The notes below the pieces were generated by a model. That model did not search any database, was not told the DNA's origin, and saw nothing but the letters and a program-made list of their open reading frames with translations. 64,000 bases of DNA from Eledone cirrhosa (Eukaryota), in contig OZ024750.1 of NCBI GenBank assembly GCA_964016885.1, positions 53,444,001-53,508,000 on the forward strand. Direction: 5' to 3'. The stretch's first letter is position 1. Each line of letters begins with the position of its first letter. Shown here one piece after another: positions 52,321 to 64,000 of the stretch. Both the position numbers and the translations under genes were made by a program.

Positions 52321-52327
52321 ATATATA

Positions 52328-54078
52328 TCATCATCATCATTGTTTAACGTCCATTTTCCACGCTAGCATGGGTCTGGACGGGAATTGTCCCACTTGAGGC
52401 AAGATTGGTTGTCTTGCTAAGGGCTGTCTGGCGGGTTTTCTACGGCTGGATGCTCTTCCTAACACCAACCACGTTTACAGTGCGGACTGGGAGGTTTTTA
52501 CTGTGTTACCTACACGGCCACATTACAGCGTGGACTGTGTTTTATTGTCGTGACACCTACACGGGCGTGTTTTCTACGGCTGGGTGCCCTTCCCAACACA
52601 AACCACGTTTACAGTGTGTACTGGGAGGTTTTTACCTTGTTACCTACATGGCCACATTACAGCGTGGACTGTGTGTTTTTTTGTCGTGACACCTACAAGA
52701 CCTCACTCATTTGTGTCGGACAGGATGTTGTGGTACCAACATAAATTCACATTTAAGGGGGTGGTGTGGATGGGAGTGGGGGTAGTGAGACGGGGGTGTA
52801 ATTTTGTTAGAGGTGCCTACTGACTGTAGGTTTCGCTTTGTTCTTAGGCAAGGCGGGTCTTCTGTATGACTGTGTAGCACCAAAGATCTCGGACCAGTGA
52901 CATTGTCTTGGAGAGGTGTAAGTGTGTGAGGTCGGAATTTATCAAGTCGTCCCAGGTTTTTCTGGGTCTGCCTACTCCGTGGCTACCGTCTATTTTTATC
53001 GCCCTGCACTTTTTTATACAGCTGTCGTCTTTCATGCGCATCACATGGCCATACCAACGTAGTCTTCTCTCGAGTAAACAACATTTGATCCCTCTTATTC
53101 CTAATTTCTCCCTTAGTTCGTTTATGCTTTGCCGTTCACATATATTTCTATTACACATCCAGCGGAGCATGCAAGCTTCGTTTCTCTCCAGTCTGCACAG
53201 ATCCTCTGCACACAATGCCCAGGTCTCACTGCCATGTAACATTGCTTTCATTTTTAGAGAGAACCCTTTAGCGGCCAATAGTGGTATAAGCTCTCTGAAC
53301 TTTTTCCATCCCGTTCTGACTCTAGCTACTGTACTTTCAGAGCACCCTCCCCCACTGCTGATTTTGTCACCGAGGTAACGGAAGCTGTCCACTATTTCTA
53401 TAGAACCATCTGTGCAATGGAATGAGCTAGTATTCTGTGGGCACTTGCTGCTACTTATTGCACCAGAGCACCGGCCACATATAAAATCTATGTTCTTAGT
53501 TAGCTTACCTGTGATCCCACTACATCTTTTATGCACCCATACTTTGCATTTGGGACATAAAATGGAGTTTCTGCCTACTCCTTTCCTACACACTGAGCAT
53601 GGCCATTTCCCAGATGGGACTGGTGCCCTATTTTCCTTCCTACAAACTAGAACTTTAGTCTTAGACAAGTTAACTTTAAGGCCTTTTGATTCTAGGCCAT
53701 GCTTCCATGTTTGGAATTTCTTCTCTAGTTCCACCATTGATTCAGCTATGAGCGTTAGATCATCTGCATATAGGAGTTCCCATGGGCAGCCGGTCTTGAA
53801 CTCCTCTGTTATAGCCTGAAGGGCAATAATAAATAGTAGGGGGCTAAGGACGGAGCCCTGATGAACACCAACTTTTACGCTAAACTCTTTACTATATTCG
53901 TTGTTAATTCTAACCTTGCTGACTGTTTCTTTATACATGGCTTGTATAGCTCTCACAAGCCATTCATCAACATCTAGTTTTCTAAGGGCCCACCAGATAA
54001 TCGAGCTGGGTACTCTGTCAAAGGCTTTCTCCAAGTCAACAAAGGCTAAGTATAGGGGTTTACTTTTAGCTAGGTACT
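52328..54078 (-). mobile_element. Younger 5'-truncated RTE LINE (PHD-insert family) with a long open RT frame
   Basis: ORF 54034-52844: EKAFDRVP, GVHQGSVLSPLLF, LLYADD, PHD-like insert, FRYLGD, RLRWYGHVMR; ~500-bp 3' UTR and (atg)n tail. Confidence 0.93.
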
Positions 54079-54109
54079 TATATATATATATATATTATTT
54101 CGGCGGGGG

Positions 54110-54950
54110 CCAAAAACAAAACAAGAATTCCAGGAGTTTCGATCCTTCCTCATTTCTTGTGCGAAACCCGAAACCTCTATGGAACCCAACATAGCTGTTG
54201 CATTGTTGCTCCACATGTCCATTAAAGTCACCTGCATTAATAGGTGACTTTAATGGACATTCCTGGTTTGGGAGGTTGCACTTATTATGGGCTTGTAGAA
54301 TAAGTCTGTTTGTCTGGCAGACCAGATTGGGGTGCAGAGAAAGATATGATTGCTACCATTGATCTAGGATGATTCTAAGTCTAATGATTCTATCATTTAT
54401 TCTATTTACTGCGATTACCTTGTCCAACCATTTTTCTGCTAGCATAATACCTACTCCACCTAGGCTGCTGTTACCTTCCAGAAGAATTTAAAGTGTTGTT
54501 GTCAGCCTGGAGTCTGGAAGATTCTCCCCTCTGCCTGTATACAGCATACATCAACTTTCTTTTGCTCAAGCATCTTCACAATCTCACCTAATCTACCTCT
54601 CAGAATCCCTACATTGATGGTTGCAGCTCTGAAGTCTCGGGGTGGGGGTATTGTGTGCCTTGGAGTGTCTGAAAAGAAGGAGGAGAGGGTCAGCGTGGTT
54701 GCCCAGAGCTGGGTGTTTACATCGTGACCTTATTTATATTTCTTTCCAGCCAGGTATTGTTGCTGGTGGGGTATGTTATTTGTGTATTAGTGGTACATGT
54801 AACTTTGGTAAAAGTATTAGTGGTGGTGGTGGGTGTTAGAAGTGCATGTATTACCTGTAGGGGTATTAGGCATGTGGGTTATGGCATTAGGTTGACATTG
54901 TTGCTCTGCTGTACTTTCATTGGAGTATGTGATGGTGATAAGCAGGGGTG
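54110..54950 (-). mobile_element. RTE endonuclease N-terminal part and 5' region, probably the 5' half of the 49617-52320 element
   Basis: Minus strand IISFSAPQSG, AGDFNGHVEQ, GFGFRTRNEEGSKLLEF; VDVCCIQ-like motif near 54550. Confidence 0.75.
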
Positions 54951-55194
54951 GATGAGTGGTAAAAATGTTTATGAAATTCAGGCTGCCGTGAGAAATATGG
55001 TCTGTAGTTTTAGGGAACTAAGAAAAAAAATAAACAAATTTTTTTTAGGATAATTCACATAATCACTTTCATAAATAAAGTTATTGGGAGATCACACCTT
55101 TTATCTATAGTGATTAACAGTTATTATAATTATTTTTTTTGTTTAGGACTCACATTTTCAAATTTTAAACATTCCCAGTGTTTCAATAGTTCAT

Positions 55195-55244
55195 CACACA
55201 CACACACACACACACACAGACACACACACAGACACACACACACA

Positions 55245-55285
<41 letters not shown>

Positions 55286-55318
55286 ACACATACAGACACA
55301 CACACACACACACATACA

Positions 55319-55355
<37 letters not shown>

Positions 55356-55697
55356 ACACACACAGACACACACACACACACACACAGACACACACACAGA
55401 CACACACACACACAGACACACACAGACACACACAGACACACACATACAGACACATACAGACACACACACAGACAGACACACACATACAGACACACACACA
55501 CATACAGACACACACACACAGACAGACACACACACACAGACACAGACACAGACACAGACACACACACACACAGACACAGACACACACACACACACAGACA
55601 CAGACACACACAGACACAAAGACACAGACACACACACACACAGACACAGACACACACAGACACAAAGACACAGACACACACAGACACACACACACAA
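55195..55697. repeat. (CA)n/(GACACA)n compound microsatellite
   Basis: Direct inspection. Confidence 0.97.
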
Positions 55698-57016
55698 CTA
55701 CCGTCAACAACAAAATATACTGCAATACTTACAAGTCTTGATGTTTGAAGGCAGGCTGTTGTAGTTGTAGTTTGTATGTATGGATGTATGTAGTTGTGTG
55801 TAGTTATGTGTATGTATGTGTATGTGATAGCAACAGTAACAGTGAAGCTTGCCTGTCAGCTGCCTAACACATGGTAGGAGTTAACCATATCAACTATAAG
55901 CTGATAGTATGGCCTTCTTTCTCTACTAGCTCTATAGCTCCAGCTACTAACTTTTCTCTTTTCTTTCCTTTCGTATTTTCACACACAACAAACAGGCAGC
56001 TTGCTCTTTCCTTCCTTGCATTATATATTTTTAAAAGTTCCTACCGTATTTTTGACCACATCTCACCCTCCTGGCTGTGGGCTGCTTAAATGTCAAATCC
56101 TTTTTTGATATAGCTTTAGTGTTGTTGTAGTAAATCCTCCGCTGTTTTCTGTCAGATTGTTGCCGGGCCAACACCAACATTTACCTGTTTACAATAAGTA
56201 TGGTGTGCGATGGGATTCTAGTTTTGTCTTTGGTTGCTCGACAACAGGTGATTTCGGCTGATGAGAAAACTTCACTTAATGTAGATTACACGACATAAAA
56301 TAACACGGGGAGAATAAAATGGCCACCACCAGCAAAGGAAGAAGAATCTTTACACTGTTTATAGACAACTTTTTATGGGATTACATTACCTGACAGCTAT
56401 GTAGCGTGAATAATTTCTATATTTACCTGTGTAAAAAAAAATCTGTGAACATAATTTGTGTGCTGTTAACTATCTATTGGTTGGACTCACAATCATAAGG
56501 TTGTGGGTTCAATTTCTGGACCAGGACAGTGCTTTGTGTTGTTTTCTTGAGGAAGACACCTAATTTCACATTGCTTTTCATAACACGACTGGGGGCTGGC
56601 CCCCAATCATTAAAACACCCAAAAGATCATCTAACCCTGCTTACATATGAGCTGTAAAAACAACATACACACATATATACATACATATGGTAAAACTGGG
56701 GCTCCTATTATTAAAACACCTTAGGAACACCCTCTTATGTGATACACCTTCATATAAAATACCAGCTAAACCAACATAGGTGTGAGCAGTAACACTTGAT
56801 TTGTTTTGTGATATTTAGTCCTCACTCAGTACACACCATGCCGACCAGACCCCATAAATCATTTAAAAGATCATTCAGGAATTTACAAACCAAAGGCATT
56901 CTGTCATTTGTGCTGTCAGCTGTCTACGTGCTCATCAAAGTCATGTTTATAATTACCATGTTTTTCTGTGCAAAATTCCTGCACTATGGTGAGAAACTTG
57001 TTCGTTTTTTATTCAG

Positions 57017-57075
57017 TGGTTTTGGAATGGACCCAGAGAAAGTCAACCCAAATTCAGATTATTGTCATATAGAAG
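57017..57075 (+). CDS. trio: Trio/Kalirin internal exon (phase 2/1)
   Basis: tttttattcag| acceptor and G|gtaagt donor. Phase matches the 18760-18929 exon; encodes (S)GFGMDPEKVNPNSDYCHIE, aligning to the Trio linker ending ...NSSINHIE. Confidence 0.82.
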
Positions 57076-57613
57076 GTAAGTTCAGATTTATTATTATCAT
57101 CATCAAAGTAAAAGAAATCATTAACATTATTATTGTTATTTGTTTTACTATTGTTTGTGTTGGAATTCTTGTTTTTTTTGTTGTTGTTGTTGTTGTTCTC
57201 ACTGAGTTATCATAAAAAATGTATTACGTCTTAATCACACTGTATCAGCATTTCATATCCATTTTCATTTTCCTTGATGTGTGTACACGCACACATACAC
57301 TTATACACGTGCACACACACACACACACACACACATACACTTATACACGTGCATGCACACACACACATACACACACGCGCGGACGGACACACACATGTAC
57401 TTGTTTTATGGATTTGTAACATGCAATGAATTAAAGTGTCCTACCGTAGTCAATAGGAAATTATTAAAGGTAACTGCTTCAGTGAGATTAAACTATACTA
57501 ATGACAGTTACATACATATACCAGATAGGATATATGTATTTAAAATAAACTGGCCACTGGAAGTACAAAACTACAATTGATATTATATGTAGATTATAAA
57601 GGTTGTATATTAA

Positions 57614-58338
57614 ATGGAGGTGTGACTTGCTGTTGTCACATGTATGTCTGAGATATATGGAGGTGTGACTTACTGTCGTCACATGTGTGTCTGGTGAGAT
57701 ATATGGAGGTGTGACTTGCTGTTGTCACATGTATGTCTGAGATATATGGAGGTGTGACTTGTTGTCATCACATGTGTGTCTGGTGGGATATATGGAGGTG
57801 TGACTTGCTGTTGTCACATGTGTGTCTGGTGAGATATATGGAGGTGAGACTTGTTGTCATCACATGTGTGTCTGGTGAGATATATGGAGGTGTGACTTGT
57901 TGTTGTCACATGTGACTTTGGTGAGATATATGGAGGTGTGACTTGCTGTTGTCACATGTGTGTCTGGTGAGATATATGGAGGTGTGACTTGCTGTTGTCA
58001 CATGTGTGTCTGGTGAGATATATGGAGGTGTGACTTGCTGTTGTCACATGTGTGTCTGGTGAGATATATGGAGGTGAGACTTGTTGTCATCACGTGTGTC
58101 TGGTGAGATATATGGAGGTGTGACTTGCTGTTGTCACATGTGTGTCTGGTGAGATATATGGAGGTGAGACTTGTTGTCATCACGTGTGTCTGGTGAGATA
58201 TATGGAGGTGTGACTTGCTGTTGTCACATGTGTGTCTGGTGAGATATATGGAGGTGAGACTTGTTGTCATCACGTGTGTCTGGTGAGATATATGGAGGTG
58301 TGACTTGCTGTTGTCACATGTGTGTCTGGTGGGATATA
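57614..58338. repeat. ~46-bp minisatellite with a 90-bp dimeric higher-order unit in its 3' half
   Basis: atatggaggtgtgacttgctgttgtcacatgtgtgtctggtgagat; identical blocks at 58021, 58111, 58201 and 58291. Confidence 0.95.
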
Positions 58339-58407
58339 TTATTCTTAAAATAAATAAAAAGTGTTTAATTACCTTGCTTCTCTTTCTTCTCTCTACACTA
58401 CCACCAT

Positions 58408-58615
58408 CCCCTCTCTCTACCACCGCCTCCCTCTCTCTACCGCCGCCTCCCTCTCTCTACCGCCGCCTCCCTCTCTCTACCGCCGCCTCCCTCTCTCTAC
58501 CGCCGCCTCCCTCTCTCTACCGCCGCCTCCCTCTCTCTACCGCCGCCTCCCTCTCTCTACCACAGTCCTCCTCTCTCTACCACAGTCACCCTCTCTCTAC
58601 CACAGTCCCCCTCTC
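58408..58615. repeat. 20-bp minisatellite (ctctctctaccgccgcctcc)
   Basis: Direct periodicity. Confidence 0.93.
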
Positions 58616-58889
58616 TCCTATCATATGTCACAAGATGAACATTACAAACATTTATGTTGATCTGAACAAAACCCTTATTGTTTCCAAGTTATCAGTTAAT
58701 TCTCAAACAATTCATATATATACACCACTGTGTATATACAGTTTGGTATATATAAACACTGGTATGTATACAGTGTGGAATATCTACAGTGATAAACTAT
58801 CCTCCATTATATATACAGTTAGATATTTAGGCAACTCAATGTTGTATGTGTCTGTCCCAGATCAGAGCTTACCGCAGTTTCATTGGCTT

Positions 58890-59030
58890 TGACCAATACA
58901 TGTCTCTGGATGGGACACCAGTCCATCACACGGAGTGAAGCAACATGAAATGAAGTGTTTTCTTCAAGATAAGAATGTACCACATGATCCAAGAATCATA
59001 GCCACAACATCAGGATAGACTAACACTAAA
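58890..59030 (-). mobile_element. SINE family B body leading into the A-box array
   Basis: gatgggacaccagtccatcac...caacatgaaatgaagtgttttcttcaaga resembles the reverse complement of the SINE B centre. Confidence 0.65.
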
Positions 59031-60706
59031 GGCCACACTAAACCTAACACTAACCACTAGGTCACACAAAACCTAACACTAGCCACTAGACCACACTAAA
59101 CCTAACACTAACCACTAGACCACACTAAACCTAACACTAACCACCAGGTCACACAAAACCTAACACTAACCACTAGGCCACACTAAACCTAACACTAACC
59201 ACTAGGCCACACTAAACACTAGACCACACTAAACACTAGACCACACTAAACCTAACACTAACCACTAGACCACACAAAACCTAACACTAACCACTAGACC
59301 ACACAAAACCTAACACTAACCACTAGGCCACACTAAACCTAACACTAACCACTAGGCCACACTAAACCTAACACTAACCACTAGACCACACCAAACCTAA
59401 CACTAACCACTAGATCACACAAAATCTAACACTAACCACTAGGCCACACTAACCACTAGACCACACTAAACCTAACACTAACCACTAGACCACACTAAAC
59501 ATAACACTAGCCACTAGACCACACTAAACCTAACACTAGCCACTAGACCACACTAAACCTAACACTAGCCACTAGACCACACTAAACCTAACACTAACCA
59601 CTAGGCCACACTAACCCTAACACTAGCCACACTAACCCTAACACTAGCCACTAGGCCACACTAACCACTAGACCACACTAAACCTAACACTAACCACTAG
59701 GCCACACTAAACCTAACACTAGCCACTAGACCACACTAAACCTAACACTAACCACTAGGCCACACTAACCCTAACACTAGTCACTAGGCCACACTAACCA
59801 CTAGACCACACTAAACCTAACACTAACCACTAGACTACACTAAACCTAACACTAACCACTAGACCACACTAAACCTAACACTAACCACTAGACCACACTA
59901 AACCTAACACTAACCACTAGACCACACTAAACCTAACACTAACCACTAGGCCACACTAACCCTAACACTAGCCACTAGGCCACACTAACCACTAGACCAC
60001 ACTAAACCTAACACTAACCACTAGACTACACTAAACCTAACACTAACCACTAGACCACACTAAACCTAACACTAGCCACTAGACCACACTAAACCTAACA
60101 CTAGCCACTAGACCACACTAAACCTAACACTAACCACTAGACCACACTAAACCTAACACTAACCACTAGGCCACACTAAACACTAGACCACACTAAACCT
60201 AACACTAACCACTAGACCACACTAAACCTAACACTAGCCACTAGACCACACTAAACCTAACACTAACCACTAGGCCACACTAACACTAGCCACTAGGCCA
60301 CACTAACACTAGCCACTAGGCCACACTAACCACTAGACCACACTAAACCTAACACTAACCACTAGGCCACCCTAACCACTAGACCACACTAAACCTAACA
60401 CTAACCACTAGGCCACCCTAACACTAGCCACTAGGCCACACTAACCACTAGACCACACTAGACCACACTAAACCTAACACTAACCACTAGGCCACCCTAA
60501 CACTAGCCACTAGGCCACACTAACCACTAGGCCACACTAAACCTAACACTAACCACTAGGCCACACTAACCACTAGGCCACACTAAACCTAACACTAGCC
60601 ACTAGACCACACTAAACCTAACACTAACCACTAGGCCACACTAACCACTAGGCCACACTAAACCTAACACTAACCACTAGGCCACACTAACCACTAGACC
60701 ACACAC
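59020..60706. repeat. ~29-bp minisatellite (cctaacactaaccactagaccacactaaa) derived from a SINE A-box region
   Basis: Irregular tandem array; the reverse complement contains tggcctagtgg / tggtctagtgg. Confidence 0.92.
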
Positions 60707-60814
60707 CTTTACTGTTGTAAATATACTTTGATAAAGAAAAAGCATGCGTGCAACATTGTCAGTTAGAAGTCATTCTATAAATTTTACTATCTACTGGTGT
60801 TAGCTGTTGAGAAT

Positions 60815-63212
60815 GTCAGTGTGACCCACTCTATCAGGTGTCAGTGTGACCCACTCTATCAGGTGTCAGTGTGACCCACTCTATCAGGTGTCAGTGTGAC
60901 CCACTCTATCAGGTGTCAGTGTGACCCACTCTACTAGGTGGTAGTGTGACCCTCTCTATTACGTGGTAGTGTGACCCTCTCTATTACGTGGTAGTGTGAC
61001 CTCTATTAGGTATCAGTGTGACCCACTCTACTAGGTGGTAGTGTGACACTCTATCAGGTGGTAGTGTGACCCTCTCTACTAGGTGGTAGTGTGACCCTCT
61101 CCATTAGGTGGTAGTGTGACCCTCTCCATTAGGTGGTAGTGTGACCCACTCTATTAGGTGGTAGTGTGACCCTCTCTATTAGATGGTAGTGTGACCCTCT
61201 CTACTAGGTGGTAGTGTGACCCTGTCTATTAGATGGTAGTGTGACCCTCTCTATCAGGTGGTAGTGTGACCCTCTCTATCAGGTGGTAGTGTGACCCTCT
61301 CTACTAAGTGGTAGTGTGACCCTCTCTACTAGGTGGTAGTGTGACCCACTCTATTAGGTGGTAGTGTGACCCTCTCTATCAGGTGGTAGTGTGACCCTCT
61401 CTATCAGGTGGTAGTGTGACCCTCTCTACTAGGTGGTAGTGTGACCCTCTCTATCAGGTGGTAGTGTGACCCTCTCTACTAAGTGGTAGTGTGACCCTCT
61501 CTACTAGGTGGTAGTGTGACCCTCTCTACTAGGTGGTAGTGTGACCCTCTCTACTAAGTGGTAGTGTGACCCTCTCTACTAAGTGGTAGTGTGACCCTCT
61601 CCATTAGGTGGTAGTGTGACCCTCTCTATTAGGTGGTAGTGTGACCCTCTCTATTAGGTGGTAGTGTGACCCTCTCTATTAGGTGGTAGTGTGACCCTCT
61701 CTATTAGGTGGTAGTGTGACCCTCTCTACTAGGTGGTAGTGTGACCCTCTCTATTAGGTGGTAGTGTGACCCTCTCTATTAGGTGGTAGTGTGACCCTCT
61801 CTACTAAGTGGTAGTGTGACCCTCTCTACTAAGTGGTAGTGTGACCCTCTCTACTAAGTGGTAGTGTGACCCTCTCCATTAGGTGGTAGTGTGACCCTCT
61901 CTATTAGGTGGTAGTGTGACCCTCTCTATTAGGTGGTAGTGTGACCCTCTCTATTAGGTGGTAGTGTGACCCTCTCTATTAGGTGGTAGTGTGACCCTCT
62001 CTACTAGGTGGTAGTGTGACCCTCTCTATCAGGTGGTAGTGTGACCCTCTCTATTAGGTGGTAGTGTGACCCTCTCTATTAGGTGGTAGTGTGACCCTCT
62101 CTACTAAGTGGTAGTGTGACCCTCTCTACTAAGTGGTAGTGTGACCCTCTCTACTAGGTGGTAGTGTGACCCTCTCTATCAGGTGGTAGTGTGACCCTCT
62201 CTATTAGGTGGTAGTGTGACCCTCTCTACTAAGTGGTAGTGTGACCCTCTCTACTAAGTGGTAGTGTGACCCTCTCTACTAGGTGGTAGTGTGACCCTCT
62301 CTATTAGGTGGTAGTGTGACCCTCTCTATTAGGTGGTAGTGTGACCCTCTCTACTAGGTGGTAGTGTGACCCTCTCTATCAGGTGGTAGTGTGACCCTCT
62401 CTACTAGGTGGTAGTGTGACCCTCTCTACTAGGTGGTAGTGTGACCCTCTCTATCAGGTGGTAGTGTGACCCTCTCTACTAAGTGGTAGTGTGACCCTCT
62501 CTACTAGGTGGTAGTGTGACCCTCTCTACTAGGTGGTAGTGTGACCCTCTCTATCAGGTGGTAGTGTGACCCTCTCTACTAAGTGGTAGTGTGACCCTCT
62601 CTACTAGGTGGTAGTGTGACCCTCTCTACTAGGTGGTAGTGTGACCCTCTCTATCAGGTGGTAGTGTGACCCTCTCTATTAGGTGGTAGTGTGACCCTCT
62701 CTACTAAGTGGTAGTGTGACCCTCTCTACTAAGTGGTAGTGTGACCCTCTCTACTAGGTGGTAGTGTGACCCTCTCTACTAGGTGGTAGTGTGACCCTCT
62801 CTATCAGGTGGTAGTGTGACCCTCTCTATTAGGTGGTAGTGTGACCCTCTCTATCAGGTGGTAGTGTGACCCTCTCTATCAGGTGGTAGTGTGACCCTCT
62901 CTACTAGGTGGTAGTGTGACCCTCTCTACTAGGTGGTAGTGTGACCCTCTCTACTAGGTGGTAGTGTGACCCTCTCTATCAGGTGGTAGTGTGACCCTCT
63001 CTATCAGGTGGTAGTGTGACCCTCTCTATCAGGTGGTAGTGTAACCCTCTCTATCAGGTGGTAGTGTGACCCTCTCTATCAGGTGGTAGTGTGACCCTCT
63101 CTATCAGGTGGTAGTGTGACCCTCTCTACTAGGTGGTAGTGTGACCCTCTCTATCAGGTGGTAGTGTGACCCTCTCTATTAGGTGGTAGTGTGACCCTCT
63201 CTATCAGGTGGT
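60815..63212. repeat. 25-bp minisatellite (gtgtgaccctctctattaggtggta), ~95 units
   Basis: Direct periodicity with tatt/tact/tatc variants. Confidence 0.97.
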
Positions 63213-63549
63213 GCGACTGATTAACCCTTTTGATACCAAACTGGCTGAAATCGCCCACAGTTTTGTGATACGAAACTATTTATTTTAAAGTGTTTATATT
63301 TATCTAAAAACTGTCCATCATAAAGTTATGTAAGAACTTTTTAATATATTCCAAAACGCAACTCAATAATGAGAAAGTTAGCTATATTACTGGATCTAGC
63401 CATATTCTTGATTATTTTCGAAATGATTTGAAACCTTTTGATGGTAAACCACATGAAACTGCCCTCGATTTACTATACTGCTCATTTAAAAATGTATATT
63501 TTTATATTAAAACTTTATAACATGATTTTATTTTAGAAATGTTTAAGTA

Positions 63550-64000
63550 ATCATCATCGCCGTTTTACGTCCGTTCTTCCACGCTAGCATGGGTTAGACG
63601 GGTTGTCCTGTTGTGGGCAGTGTCCGGTCGGCTGACTTTGTCTTGCTCATACGGGAACTGATTCTGGCTTGATTTCTACAGCTGGATGCCCTTCCTAAAA
63701 CCACCTCATTTACAGTGAGTGCTGGGTGCTTTTTTGCTGTAGCACCTCCATGACCACTTTGCAGTGAGAGGGTGTGGGGGCATATTGTCTATATGCTTCA
63801 GGTTCGGCTTGTACCCGTGGGGGGTCGGGTCTTATGTATTACTGCGTGACGCCAGAGGTCACGGTCGTGTGTCATCGCCTTTGAGAGGTGTAATTGGGTA
63901 AGGTCAGCTTTTATCACCTCATCCCAGGTCTTCTTGGGTCACCCCGCTCCGCTTCCATCGGTTTCTAGTGCTCTGCACCTTTTTATGCAGCTGTCATCCT
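63550..64000 (-). mobile_element. RTE 3' end (tail, 3' UTR, RT C-terminus), runs off window
   Basis: Near-identical to 14160-14600; reverse of the PKKTWDEVIKADL motif. Confidence 0.88.

Noticed and set aside
55110-55748. HT- and CV-rich ORFs
   Set aside because: Translations of (CA)n repeats.
56257-56300. ctgatga motif near the putative promoter
   Set aside because: No correctly placed GAAA or stems.
59020-60706. Interstitial telomere-like cctaa repeats
   Set aside because: The unit is ~29 bp and better explained by the SINE A-box region; there is no (TTAGGG)n run.

Overview
Eukaryotic, AT-rich and extremely repeat-rich DNA. The SINE/LINE repertoire and (TA)n/(CA)n load are typical of an octopus (coleoid cephalopod) genome; this taxonomic call is an inference. 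The only host gene I can support is a + strand Trio/Kalirin-family RhoGEF. Three spectrin-repeat-region exons (15439-15630, 18760-18929, 57017-57075) splice in frame. The rest is intron, including a ~38 kb intron filled with RTE and CR1 LINEs, a degenerate Penelope-like element, two tRNA-derived SINE families, micro- and minisatellites. Most notable observations: (1) an RTE LINE family carrying a PHD-type C4HC3 zinc finger inside its reverse transcriptase, in three copies; (2) a divergent pair of type I hammerhead ribozyme motifs, one near-intact and sense to Trio, ~440 nt upstream of an exon; (3) an in-frame ATG plus hydrophobic extension ahead of the third Trio exon, suggesting an internally initiated, possibly membrane-anchored isoform; (4) a symmetric 84-nt candidate cassette exon within a TGCATG cluster; (5) minisatellites that arose inside SINEs, including a 1.7 kb array of a Pol III A-box; (6) one SINE head joined to two different RTE tails. 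All family assignments come from motif recognition, not database searches. Repeat boundaries are approximate.
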